The notes below the pieces were generated by a model, which did not search any database, had not been told where the DNA came from, and saw only the letters and a list, made by a program, of their open reading frames with translations. DNA of 13,714 bases from Nanobdellota archaeon. GTDB lineage: Archaea > Aenigmatarchaeota > Aenigmatarchaeia > QMZP01. Every line of letters starts with the position of its first letter. The first letter of the stretch is position 1. Shown in pieces: positions 1 to 8,065 of this stretch. Where the stretch lies: the NCBI GenBank assembly GCA_043814765.1, contig JBDRJQ010000016.1:1-13714 (forward strand), in the 5' to 3' direction. The translations under genes and the position numbers were made by a program.

Positions 1-641
1 ACCATCTTCAAATATAAAGACGGCGTCCTTAAGTCATAGCCTGACACAAGTGGATTGGTTTTGACTGAAGATTCTAACCCGAAAAAATAATCAATCGATA
101 TTTGCGTCCCGCGAACAGTAGGAGCGAACTTACCGTCCCTCATGGCTTCCAGTGTTTCGGTGAGGTCTTTTGCTGCATCCTCGTCCCCGATAAAATCCCA
201 GAAGTCACTTGAAGCACTGAGCTCTCCGGCAAGGCTGCATGAAGTGTTCCAGAGCCCTTTCCATGGCTCTTTCATCATCGTCAGGTTAGGTGGCTCTTCA
301 AGCGGAGAACCGCCGGCCATGATCTCTGTCACACCCGAGCCCCAAGATGAAAGGCTGTTTGAGACATGAATGTAAGCACTAGTGCCTACAATGTAAGTCT
401 CGGTTTTTTGAGCGGCCCTGTAGGAAAGTCCCAAGGAAAAGTTCTCGCCCTTCACACTCAGATTGCTGTTGGTGGATAATACTGAATGCATGACTGTCAA
501 TTCGCCCATGGTAGGTGAGCTGAAAATGAATGTTGGCGGCGGAGTGCCGCATGACTGCGCCTTTACCACTGTGGCGCAAGAGAGCAAAAGTCCGCATAAA
601 AGAAAGATGATGATGCTTACATAAATTTTTACTCTAAGCAC
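1..641 (-). CDS. Secreted/surface protein of unknown function, 3'-truncated by the window edge (at least 213 aa)
   Basis: Manual translation from GTG at 641 gives 213 codons with no stop to the edge: MLRVKIYVSIIIFLLCGLLLSCATVVKAQSCGTPPPTFIFSSPTMGELTV...YDLRTPSLYLKM. The N-terminus has a basic/hydrophobic/VKA-Q signal-peptide pattern, and AAGGAGG lies 10 nt upstream. It is missing from the ORF track because it has no stop in the window. Confidence 0.8.
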   Translation of the reverse strand, partial: MLRVKIYVSIIIFLLCGLLLSCATVVKAQSCGTPPPTFIFSSPTMGELTVMHSVLSTNSNLSVKGENFSLGLSYRAAQKTETYIVGTSAYIHVSNSLSSWGSGVTEIMAGGSPLEEPPNLTMMKEPWKGLWNTSCSLAGELSASSDFWDFIGDEDAAKDLTETLEAMRDGKFAPTVRGTQISIDYFFGLESSVKTNPLVSGYDLRTPSLYLKM

Positions 642-651
642 TTTTGTTGTG

Positions 652-658
652 CCTCCTT
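652..658 (-). promoter_or_regulatory. Shine-Dalgarno AAGGAGG for the 641 ORF
   Basis: The + strand reads cctcctt at 652-658, with a 10-nt spacer to GTG at 641. Confidence 0.75.
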
Positions 659-660
659 GT

Positions 661-767
661 GTTAGCTCGCTAACGGTTTATAATAATGCATATTATAACA
701 TGTATTATAATCCTTTTGTAACCAAATTCTCTTGGTGATTCTACGCAAGACTAATGTTTGCGCAAAC
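661..767. promoter_or_regulatory. Probable promoter/operator region with several palindromes and repeated TTATAA elements
   Basis: GTTAGC-TC-GCTAAC (661-674); TTATAATA-ATGCA-TATTATAA (678-698); second TATTATAA (703-710); ACCAA-n6-TTGGT (721-736); perfect 12-bp palindrome GTTTGCGCAAAC (756-767). Confidence 0.45.
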
Positions 768-826
768 GAAAGGTAAATTTTGTAACTATGACATTTGATA
801 TTTTAAATATTAAGCATAAAAACTGA

Positions 827-2128
827 TTATCCCGCTAGCTGAAGGATGAACATTAAGAGTAGTATTATAGGTATCGCATACTTCAGCAAGAACTTCATTG
901 TTTTTGACAGTCCTATTCTGTAGAAATGCTTTATAGGAATATAGAATATTTTTGGTTCATAGAACCAGATGATAGCTATGCATAAAAGGGACGCTGACAA
1001 GAGAAGTGTCGTTCCTAATGCCAGGTCCATGAAATCAAGGAAAGGAATTCCAAACAAGGATATAGTAGCGCCATAATAACTGAGAGCTGAAGGCACTCCC
1101 ACCAGCAGAGTAACCAAACTCATTGCAATAACTGATTTCTTTCTGCTCCATTTTATTTCATCCACTAAAGTTGATACGCCAACCTCCAGCATGGAAACTG
1201 CCGATGTCAGGGCAGCTATGAACAACAGAGCAAAGAACATGAAGCCGACAAAGAATCCAAGCGTTATTGACTGGAAAACTAATGGCAATGAAACGAATGT
1301 CAGGTCAGCTCCCATGGCTGGGCTGATTCCAAAAGTGAACACTATGGGGAAAACTATCAGTCCGCCGACAAGAGCTACAAGAGCGTCTGCTGTTGCTATG
1401 CCTATTACTGGTTTTGCAACGCTTCCTTTTTTGCCTAAATAACTGGCATATGTTATTAGAATGCCGTATCCGACTGATACGGAAAAGAATGCCTGAGAGA
1501 ATCCTCTAATCCATGTATCCAGATTCAGTAACTGGGAAAAGTCAGGCACCAAGTAAAACGCTAGGCCCTCTTCAGCGCCTGGAAGAGACAGTGAGTATAA
1601 AGCAAGCGCCACAAGGAGTATGAAGAACATTGGCATGACAATTTTAGATGTTTTTTCTATTCCCTTTCGTATGCCTTTTGAAACAATGAATGCTACTATA
1701 GCCAGTGAAGCAAAAAAGAACAGTAAAGGCAGTATGCTGGTTTTGAACTGCAGGAACTGCATGTAGCCTGAGAAAGAGAAGAAAAAATAAGCCAGCGTCC
1801 AGCCTGTTATTACAAGATAATAGCTCAGCACTGTCATGGACACTATCACTGGGATTATTCCTACGTACCATATCTTGCTGTTTATTTTCTTTAGCGATGT
1901 TAGAACAGAACCCTGAAATTTTCTGCCTACATCCAGTTCCAGTATCATAAGCGGTATTGCAAAAAACAATACGCCTATTATGTAAGGAATTAAAAACGCT
2001 CCGCCGCCGCTAATCCCAACCATGTAGGGAAAACGCCATATATTGCCCAAACCAACAGCAGAACCAATTGCAGCAAGCATGAAACCGAGACCAGTCCAGT
2101 GCTCCCTCGATACTATAGTCGCAGGCAT
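827..2128 (-). CDS. Sodium-dependent amino-acid transporter, NSS/SLC6 (LeuT/MhsT-like) family
   Basis: TM1 GSAVGLGNIWRFPY, GGGAFLIPY, TM3 SYY, TM6 QAFFSVSVGYG, TM8 AALTSAVSMLE; about 11 hydrophobic segments in 433 aa. Gly at the LeuT G24-equivalent position fits an amino-acid substrate. Confidence 0.95.
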   Translation of the reverse strand: MPATIVSREHWTGLGFMLAAIGSAVGLGNIWRFPYMVGISGGGAFLIPYIIGVLFFAIPLMILELDVGRKFQGSVLTSLKKINSKIWYVGIIPVIVSMTVLSYYLVITGWTLAYFFFSFSGYMQFLQFKTSILPLLFFFASLAIVAFIVSKGIRKGIEKTSKIVMPMFFILLVALALYSLSLPGAEEGLAFYLVPDFSQLLNLDTWIRGFSQAFFSVSVGYGILITYASYLGKKGSVAKPVIGIATADALVALVGGLIVFPIVFTFGISPAMGADLTFVSLPLVFQSITLGFFVGFMFFALLFIAALTSAVSMLEVGVSTLVDEIKWSRKKSVIAMSLVTLLVGVPSALSYYGATISLFGIPFLDFMDLALGTTLLLSASLLCIAIIWFYEPKIFYIPIKHFYRIGLSKTMKFLLKYAIPIILLLMFILQLAG

Positions 2129-2212
2129 ATTTATTATTATTTTTCTGGCTTAAATCCAATTCTGTTTTAATAAAATATAAGTCTCCTGAAACAAATATAG
2201 TAATTGGTTTCT
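2129..2212. promoter_or_regulatory. AT-rich divergent promoter region (NSS transporter / hycI)
   Basis: 84-nt spacer between head-to-head ATGs, with TATA-like TTAATAAAATATAAG at 2167-2181. No clear SD for either gene. Confidence 0.5.
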
Positions 2213-2659
2213 ATGAGAACAGTTATCTGCGGTATTGGGAATAAGATGAAAGGGGATGACGGTGTTGGTTCTGCCATTGCAAGCGAGCTGGAAAGGGAGA
2301 TAAGAAAGGATAACATAATGATTTTAGACTGCGCATCAGCGCCTGAAAATTTTACAGGCAAGGTAAAGAGCTTCAATCCAGACCATGTTGTTCTAATAGA
2401 CGCAGTAAAAATGGGCAGGGATCCCGGACATGTGGAAATGGTTGAATCAGAGAATATAAAGGGCCTTCTGTTCTCAACGCATCAAACGCCATTAAAAATG
2501 CTGATTGACTACATACAGCAGCAATTGCCCAGCACAAAAATATCATTCATAGGAATTGAGCCAAAGCATACTATTTTTGGATCAGACATGAGCGAAGAAG
2601 TTAAAGCGGCAATGGATGAACTGAAAACCAGCTTAACCAATCTTCTTATGGGCCTGTAA
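2213..2659 (+). CDS. hycI: Hydrogenase maturation endopeptidase (HycI type)
   Basis: GIGNKMKGDDGVG, DCASAPEN, LIDAV and STHQTPL motifs. ATG at 2213 is preferred over TTG at 2204. The neighbouring MbhL has a cleavable C-terminal extension. Confidence 0.92.
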   Translation: MRTVICGIGNKMKGDDGVGSAIASELEREIRKDNIMILDCASAPENFTGKVKSFNPDHVVLIDAVKMGRDPGHVEMVESENIKGLLFSTHQTPLKMLIDYIQQQLPSTKISFIGIEPKHTIFGSDMSEEVKAAMDELKTSLTNLLMGL

Positions 2660-3004
2660 TCAGCCTCTCCAAATAAAATTCTTTTTTGTTGAAGCCATGT
2701 CGAAAACACGGGTCAGTTTTATTGCATCTTTTTTTGGCATTAGATGGCAGGTCTCTTCGCACTGCTGGCAGAACAGGCATTTTCCAAGATCTACGACCCA
2801 AGTCTTCTTTTTCTTGTCAACTGTTATGGCATGTGACGGGCAGTATTTCTCGCACATTCCGCAGTATATGCATCTGTCCGGATAGTGCAGATGTCTTCCC
2901 CTGTAATCCTTAGGAACTAGCGCAGGTTCTTTAGGAAACATGCGAGTATTCCTATGGCTGAAAACGTTTTTTATTGCATCTCCCAGCAAGCCCAGTACGC
3001 TCAT
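2660..3004 (-). CDS. mbhN: Mbh 2x[4Fe-4S] ferredoxin-like subunit (NuoI/HycF-like)
   Basis: YRGRHLHYPDRCIYCGMCEKYCP and CLFCQQCEETC motifs. Start revised to ATG 3004, which forms an ATGA overlap with the mbhM stop; 114 aa. Confidence 0.9.
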   Translation of the reverse strand: MSVLGLLGDAIKNVFSHRNTRMFPKEPALVPKDYRGRHLHYPDRCIYCGMCEKYCPSHAITVDKKKKTWVVDLGKCLFCQQCEETCHLMPKKDAIKLTRVFDMASTKKNFIWRG

Positions 3005-3909
3005 AGCAACAGAACCTTCACCAAGTCTATAAGGGCTACAAACCCTAGTACCCAAAGGAATTTGAATACGTAGTCTATTCTGAGTCTTGCCAGCAATACT
3101 CTGGACAGCGTAACTGAAACCAGCAACATCAGTGTCTTGAATAAGAATACAAAAACATTGCTGGATCCTCCATAGAATAATGCAACGCCCAGCGCCACTA
3201 AAACAAACAGCTTTAGCATGTGCGTTGCGTCAATAAGCGCCAGCCGTGTGCCTGTAAACTCTGTTGAATAGCCTGCAACAATTTCCTGGTGTGCTTCAGG
3301 CACATGGAACGGTGGAATCTCTGCCTTTGCCATTATTGAAGTGAAGAAGGCAGCAGCGGCAAGAGGGTAAACAACTGACAGCCAGCCATACTCTGTCTGG
3401 AAGAAGTTAATGCTGTACGGAGAGAGTGTAGAAACGTGAATTATAGGAACCAGAATAGCAACTATGAAAGGGAATTCATAAGCTATCATCTGTACAATGC
3501 CTCTCTTGGCTCCTACAACGCCGAAAGGATTTGATGATGCGAAGCCTGCAAGATACAGCGATAATGAAGACAGTGCAAGGAAGTAAACCAGCAATATCAT
3601 GTCACCGCCAGTGCCCAAAACGTTTCTCGCACCAGCCATTGGCGTTAGAAGACCCGCGATTATGATAGACACTATTGCTATCAGAGGCCAGAAAGTGAAT
3701 CCTATTTTTGCCTGCTGAGGTGTTATGTCCTGCTTTCCTAAAAGTTTTATGAAATCAAGGAACGGCTGCCATACAGGAGGGCCTACTCTGTTCTGCATTC
3801 TGGCTGCAAGCTTTCGCATCAAGCCTGCGTAGAAGAATCCAAAAACAAAAATGAACAGCACGCCTGGATAAACCAAGAAGCTGAATAATAAAGTTAGTAT
3901 TTCTATCAT
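3001..3909 (-). CDS. mbhM: Mbh membrane subunit (NuoH/HycD-like)
   Basis: RKLAARMQNRVGPP..QPFLDFIKLLGK, YEFP and PFHVPEAHQEIVAGYSTEFTG are NuoH-family motifs. Confidence 0.93.
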   Translation of the reverse strand: MIEILTLLFSFLVYPGVLFIFVFGFFYAGLMRKLAARMQNRVGPPVWQPFLDFIKLLGKQDITPQQAKIGFTFWPLIAIVSIIIAGLLTPMAGARNVLGTGGDMILLVYFLALSSLSLYLAGFASSNPFGVVGAKRGIVQMIAYEFPFIVAILVPIIHVSTLSPYSINFFQTEYGWLSVVYPLAAAAFFTSIMAKAEIPPFHVPEAHQEIVAGYSTEFTGTRLALIDATHMLKLFVLVALGVALFYGGSSNVFVFLFKTLMLLVSVTLSRVLLARLRIDYVFKFLWVLGFVALIDLVKVLLL

Positions 3910-5114
3910 TCTTTCAGCATCCTCCTTAATTCAGTTTCATTTAAGACTTGCTGCTTTCCTGATTTCTGATCAACTATTGCTACACGATCACAGCAAGAAA
4001 AGCATGGATCAATAGAAGCCACTATCACAGGCAAGTCAGCAAGCTGCTGGTTCTTCAATATTATTGGCAGCGTGTGTATGATGTTTACAAAGGTTGGTGT
4101 TCTTATCCTTACGCGAGCTGGTGTGTCTGTTCCGTTTGAACGGATATAGTAAAACAGCTCTCCGCGCGGAGCTTCGGTAACAGAGAACCCCTCAGTTGGA
4201 GGAACTGTAAATGGAGCATTGTTTCGAAGCGTGCGTTTTTTCATTTGTTCAAGATGCCTGAAGCACTGGTCTAAAATTTTAACAGACTGCTCTATCTCCA
4301 GAGCTTTTACGAGTATGCGTGCTCTGACGTCTCCATCTTCTTTTGATATAACCTTCCATTTCACTTTATCATAAGCCAAGTAAGGTGTTATTTTTCTCAT
4401 GTCATATTTTACGTCTGATCCCCGTGCCACAGGACCGACTATTGAAAATCTGTCAATATCCCTCTTCGGCAGGAATCCCTTTTTTCTGGTCCTTGCTAAA
4501 GTGAATAAATCTCCTTTGAAGAGATTAGCGTAAACCCTGCCTCTTTTTTCAAGCTTTTCACAGTCTTTAATGAATTTTGGAACCATGCTGTCTGGTATAT
4601 CGCGCCTGACACCTCCTATGGTTGGCATGCCGTAGTTTACCCTGTTGCCTGATATCTCTTCCAGCATGTCCATGACTATTTCCCTGTCCTTCCATGCGTA
4701 CATGAAGGCTGTGTCAAGACCCATCTCATATCCCATTATGCCTAAGAACAAGAAGTGGCTGTGCAGGCGCTCAAGTTCCAGTATAACAGTGCGTATGTAC
4801 TCTGCGCGCTCTGGTATCTCCAAGCCCAGCATGTTTTCAATTGCCTGGCAGTATGTAACGCTGTGAACACCTGAACATATGCCGCATATTCTTTCAGCAA
4901 GATAAATATTCTGGATGTAGTTGCGTCTCTGCATCAGTTCCTCTATGCCCCGATGCATGTAACCTATGTTGATGTCTACCTTTGCTATTGTCTCACCGTC
5001 CACATGGACCTTCATGTTCTCAGCTTCAATATACATCGGATGTTGTGGTCCTATAGGTAAAGCGTACAATTTCTCTTCCGTTCCAGTAATCTTATCTTTT
5101 AAATTATCTTTCAT
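3906..5114 (-). CDS. mbhL: Group 4 (Mbh-type) [NiFe]-hydrogenase large catalytic subunit
   Basis: GPQHP, GYMHRGIE, L1 motif ERICGIC, EAPRGE, and L2 motif DPCFSCCDR followed by a 25-aa extension. All four metal-ligating Cys are present. Confidence 0.95.
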   Translation of the reverse strand: MKDNLKDKITGTEEKLYALPIGPQHPMYIEAENMKVHVDGETIAKVDINIGYMHRGIEELMQRRNYIQNIYLAERICGICSGVHSVTYCQAIENMLGLEIPERAEYIRTVILELERLHSHFLFLGIMGYEMGLDTAFMYAWKDREIVMDMLEEISGNRVNYGMPTIGGVRRDIPDSMVPKFIKDCEKLEKRGRVYANLFKGDLFTLARTRKKGFLPKRDIDRFSIVGPVARGSDVKYDMRKITPYLAYDKVKWKVISKEDGDVRARILVKALEIEQSVKILDQCFRHLEQMKKRTLRNNAPFTVPPTEGFSVTEAPRGELFYYIRSNGTDTPARVRIRTPTFVNIIHTLPIILKNQQLADLPVIVASIDPCFSCCDRVAIVDQKSGKQQVLNETELRRMLKE

Positions 5115-5500
5115 TTTACCGCCTTTTTTCTTAGAGGAGTTTTTGGTGAAAGCGTTTTATCCAGCAAGAGAGGAGCAAGGTTCCTGTTGCCCTCAAAGTT
5201 TACGCCGAGCAAGTCATGTGTCTCTCTTTCAAACAAACTAGCTACAGGAAAATAGCCAACCACTGTTGGAATGGTTGAATTGTCTCTGGGTATGCTGAAT
5301 TTGGCTCCCCAGAGATGGCCGTCAACCATAAAGTGATAGAACATCTCTATGGTTTTGCCGTTATCGTGTCCGAATATGGAAGTCATTCTTTGAGTTTTTT
5401 CAGATATCTTTTCCATTGTTTTCTGAAAGGCAGACAGTTTTATTTCTACAAAGGTAAAGTTCTTCCCTTTCTTGTAGACTTTGCCCATGTGTGATATCAT
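5111..5500 (-). CDS. mbhK: Mbh NuoC-like (30 kDa family) subunit
   Basis: FERETHDLLGVNFEGN motif. Start revised to ATG 5500 (ATGA overlap with the mbhJ stop, GGAGG 5 nt upstream); 129 aa. Confidence 0.88.
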   Translation of the reverse strand: MISHMGKVYKKGKNFTFVEIKLSAFQKTMEKISEKTQRMTSIFGHDNGKTIEMFYHFMVDGHLWGAKFSIPRDNSTIPTVVGYFPVASLFERETHDLLGVNFEGNRNLAPLLLDKTLSPKTPLRKKAVK

Positions 5501-5919
5501 TTTTTCCTCCAAATATCAAGCGCTTTAATCAGACCGTCTATAATGGCTTCTGGTTTTGGCGGACAGCCTGGCACGTAAACATCCACTGGTATGATTCTGT
5601 CAAGCGGTCCGGCTGTGTTGTAGGCGTCATGAAAAACGCCTTTTGTTATTGCGCAGGATCCTATTGCCATTACAACCTTTGGATAAGGTGTCTGCTCGTA
5701 GATTAGCTTAACCCTTGGCGCTATCTTTTTGCTGATAGCTCCGTCTATTATCAGGACATCTGTGTGCCGCGGGTTTTGCTTGCTCAGGACGCCAAACCGC
5801 TCAACATCATACTTTGGCGTGAGCAGAGCGAGTATCTCTATAGAGCAGCCATTGCATCCACCTGTATCTAAATGAAGTATCCACGGCGACTTTCTTCTGG
5901 CGTAATTCACTATTCCCAT
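5497..5919 (-). CDS. mbhJ: Mbh [NiFe]-hydrogenase small subunit (NuoB-like, one [4Fe-4S])
   Basis: GGCNGCSIE, YDVERFG, GSC and DVYVPGCPPKPEAI motifs. Confidence 0.95.
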   Translation of the reverse strand: MGIVNYARRKSPWILHLDTGGCNGCSIEILALLTPKYDVERFGVLSKQNPRHTDVLIIDGAISKKIAPRVKLIYEQTPYPKVVMAIGSCAITKGVFHDAYNTAGPLDRIIPVDVYVPGCPPKPEAIIDGLIKALDIWRKK

Positions 5920-5920
5920 A

Positions 5921-6238
5921 TTATACCCACATATACATGAAGTACACTATCATCAAAACCATGCCCAACGTCAATGCTATCAGATATGATGTAAGGTTTC
6001 CCGAGTGCCAACGCCTTATGACATCAAAGCGAAGTGTTTTTATCAGCGAAGCATAAAAACTTTCTGCAGGGATGTTAAACTCTTGGCTTTCAATTTCCTC
6101 GCCGCAGGCAAATGTTTTTGATTGATTCTTTTTTGGGTGAGGAGATTTCTTCCTGCTAACAGCGTAAAGCAATGTGAACAACACCATAAAGCTTGCGAAC
6201 GTCGTTGCTATTATCAATGGAACGAATTCTGTTATCAT
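5921..6238 (-). CDS. mbhI: Mbh subunit I (membrane anchor with lateral helix)
   Basis: N- and C-terminal TM helices flank KTFACGEE and HSGNLTSYL. It sits between mbhH and mbhJ. Confidence 0.8.
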   Translation of the reverse strand: MITEFVPLIIATTFASFMVLFTLLYAVSRKKSPHPKKNQSKTFACGEEIESQEFNIPAESFYASLIKTLRFDVIRRWHSGNLTSYLIALTLGMVLMIVYFMYMWV

Positions 6239-7707
6239 ACATTCAGCACTCCTAAAATATATTGAGATTTGATTAAACTGCTCACTACGAACTCTGAGAT
6301 CTCATATCCAAACTGTGAAAAAATTCCAAAAAAGATGCACAAAGCAGTTAAAATTATAATTGGTATCATCATGGATATGGGAATAGATTTTTTTTCTTTA
6401 TCATGATTTACATTCACTAGAAATATGAGATAAAAGGCCTTTAAACCGTATGCCAGCGTTAAGACTGAAACCATAACAGTGAATATGGTTAAAATTGGAA
6501 ACACTTCCAGCGTAGCCAAATATATAACCCACTTACTTGCAAACCCATTAAGAAGGGGTATCCCAGCCAATGACAGAACACCGATTAGAAAAGAATAGCC
6601 AAGCAATGGATGGAATTTTGAGGTGATTTTATTCATGTCAGATGTTTTAATCTTGTAAATTATAACGCCTGCGCACAAAAAAAGCAAGCTCTTGATTATG
6701 GTATGGTTTATTATGTGGAATATTCCGCCAACAGCTCCGAGATAAGTGCCAAGGCCCAAACTCATGCTTATGTATCCTATCTGGCTTACAGTCGAATAGG
6801 CAAGCATTCTTTTTAAATCCGATTGCATAATAGCCAGCACGGCACCTATTAGCATTGAAGCTATGCCAAGTATTACAAGCATGCTTAATACTGCGGCTGG
6901 CGCAAAAAAGACTGTGAATGTCAATCTTATTATAGCGTATACACCCATGCTTATCATAATTCCCGACATTAAGGCGCTTATAGGTGAGGGAGCTGCGGAA
7001 TGCGCATCAGGCAACCATGTATGAAAAGGCACCAATCCGGCTTTTAAGGCAAACCCTGCCAAAATAATGCCAAAAGTAATGGGCAAGAGGGGCGTTGATA
7101 GCCCTGTAATTTCTACAGCCAGATGAGCCATGTTCAATGTGCCTGTCATGCCATACAAAAAAGCAATTCCCAATAATATAAGAGAAGTTGCGAAAGAATT
7201 CATAATCAGATATTTTATACTGGCTTCAAAAGACGCTTTATTTCTTTTGAAAGCTACCAGCGCATATGATGATATGCTCACAATTTCAAAGAACACAAAA
7301 AGGTTAAACATGTCGCCTGTATGTATTACTCCTAGAATTCCCACCAAAATGAGAGACAATAGCGTGTAATATTCTGTCTTACCTTCTTCAATGTATCTGA
7401 ATGAAAACAACGAAACGAAAAATCCTATGCCAGTAACCAGCAACGCCATTATCAATGCCAGTGGATCAACAACTACTGTTATACCAAATGGCGCTGGCCA
7501 AGCTTGCATTTGCATTGTCAGTATTTTTTGCGAAATCACAAGGGGAACAGTGAACACCGTTAACAAAAACGCAGCAAAAGTGGATGCTATTGATATGAAA
7601 GGCACTAAGTTGTCTTTCTTTATGCCGACAATTGCTGTTATGAAAGCGGATGCTAGCAACAACAATATTGCGTAAAAGCTATATATCGTACCTGCTTCAA
7701 ATATCAT
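6235..7707 (-). CDS. mbhH: Mbh antiporter-like proton-translocating subunit (MrpD/NuoN-like)
   Basis: DMFNLFVFFEI, LKAGLVPFHTWLPDAH, DLKRMLAYSTVSQIGY, HIINHTIIKSLLF and GIPLLNGFASKW; 490 aa. Confidence 0.93.
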   Translation of the reverse strand: MIFEAGTIYSFYAILLLLASAFITAIVGIKKDNLVPFISIASTFAAFLLTVFTVPLVISQKILTMQMQAWPAPFGITVVVDPLALIMALLVTGIGFFVSLFSFRYIEEGKTEYYTLLSLILVGILGVIHTGDMFNLFVFFEIVSISSYALVAFKRNKASFEASIKYLIMNSFATSLILLGIAFLYGMTGTLNMAHLAVEITGLSTPLLPITFGIILAGFALKAGLVPFHTWLPDAHSAAPSPISALMSGIMISMGVYAIIRLTFTVFFAPAAVLSMLVILGIASMLIGAVLAIMQSDLKRMLAYSTVSQIGYISMSLGLGTYLGAVGGIFHIINHTIIKSLLFLCAGVIIYKIKTSDMNKITSKFHPLLGYSFLIGVLSLAGIPLLNGFASKWVIYLATLEVFPILTIFTVMVSVLTLAYGLKAFYLIFLVNVNHDKEKKSIPISMMIPIIILTALCIFFGIFSQFGYEISEFVVSSLIKSQYILGVLNV

Positions 7708-7708
7708 C

Positions 7709-8065
7709 TCATCCCCTCAAGTTTCGTATTTTCCTCGCGTCAAGTGTTCCAAAATCCCTGTATACATCAACTATTATTGTCAGCGCAAATGCAACAATAG
7801 AAAGGTTTATTACAATTGATGTTAGCACCAATGCCTGCGGAATTGGATCAACCATAAGTGCTGATAGCTGATTAAAGTTTATGCTAGAAAATATAGGAGC
7901 TATGCCACCGCCTCTGTATCCAAGCGATATTAGGAATAGGTTTATTCCGCCTGAAAATATTGACAGTCCCATTATCTTCTTTATCAGGTTGTCTTTAATC
8001 ACTAGCGTGTACACTCCTACCAGGAGAAGCACCATAGACATCACGTAAACGAACATTTTATTCAC
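7709..8065 (-). CDS. mbhG: Mbh subunit G (MrpC/NuoK-like)
   Basis: NLIKKIMGL and DPIPQALVLTSIVI. GTG 8065 overlaps the mbhF stop. An alternative ATG at 8056 has an SD-like AGGAGTGA upstream. Confidence 0.9.
   Translation of the reverse strand: MNKMFVYVMSMVLLLVGVYTLVIKDNLIKKIMGLSIFSGGINLFLISLGYRGGGIAPIFSSINFNQLSALMVDPIPQALVLTSIVINLSIVAFALTIIVDVYRDFGTLDARKIRNLRG

Noticed and set aside
371..390. 20-bp near-perfect palindrome tgtaagcact/agtgcctaca with a short aatgtaag repeat
   Set aside because: It is a single instance inside a coding region with no spacers or periodicity, so it is not CRISPR and is probably chance.
142..597. Track ORFs 142..369 (+) and 379..597 (-)
   Set aside because: These are antisense or out-of-frame shadows of the longer 1..641 minus-strand ORF.
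421..620. AGGAAAGTCC at 422-431 resembles the RNase P RNA CR-I motif, with GC hairpins at 536-550 and 556-578
   Set aside because: There is no complementary 3' P4 strand or convincing CR-IV/CR-V motif. The region is explained by a 213-codon ORF with SD and signal peptide on the minus strand.
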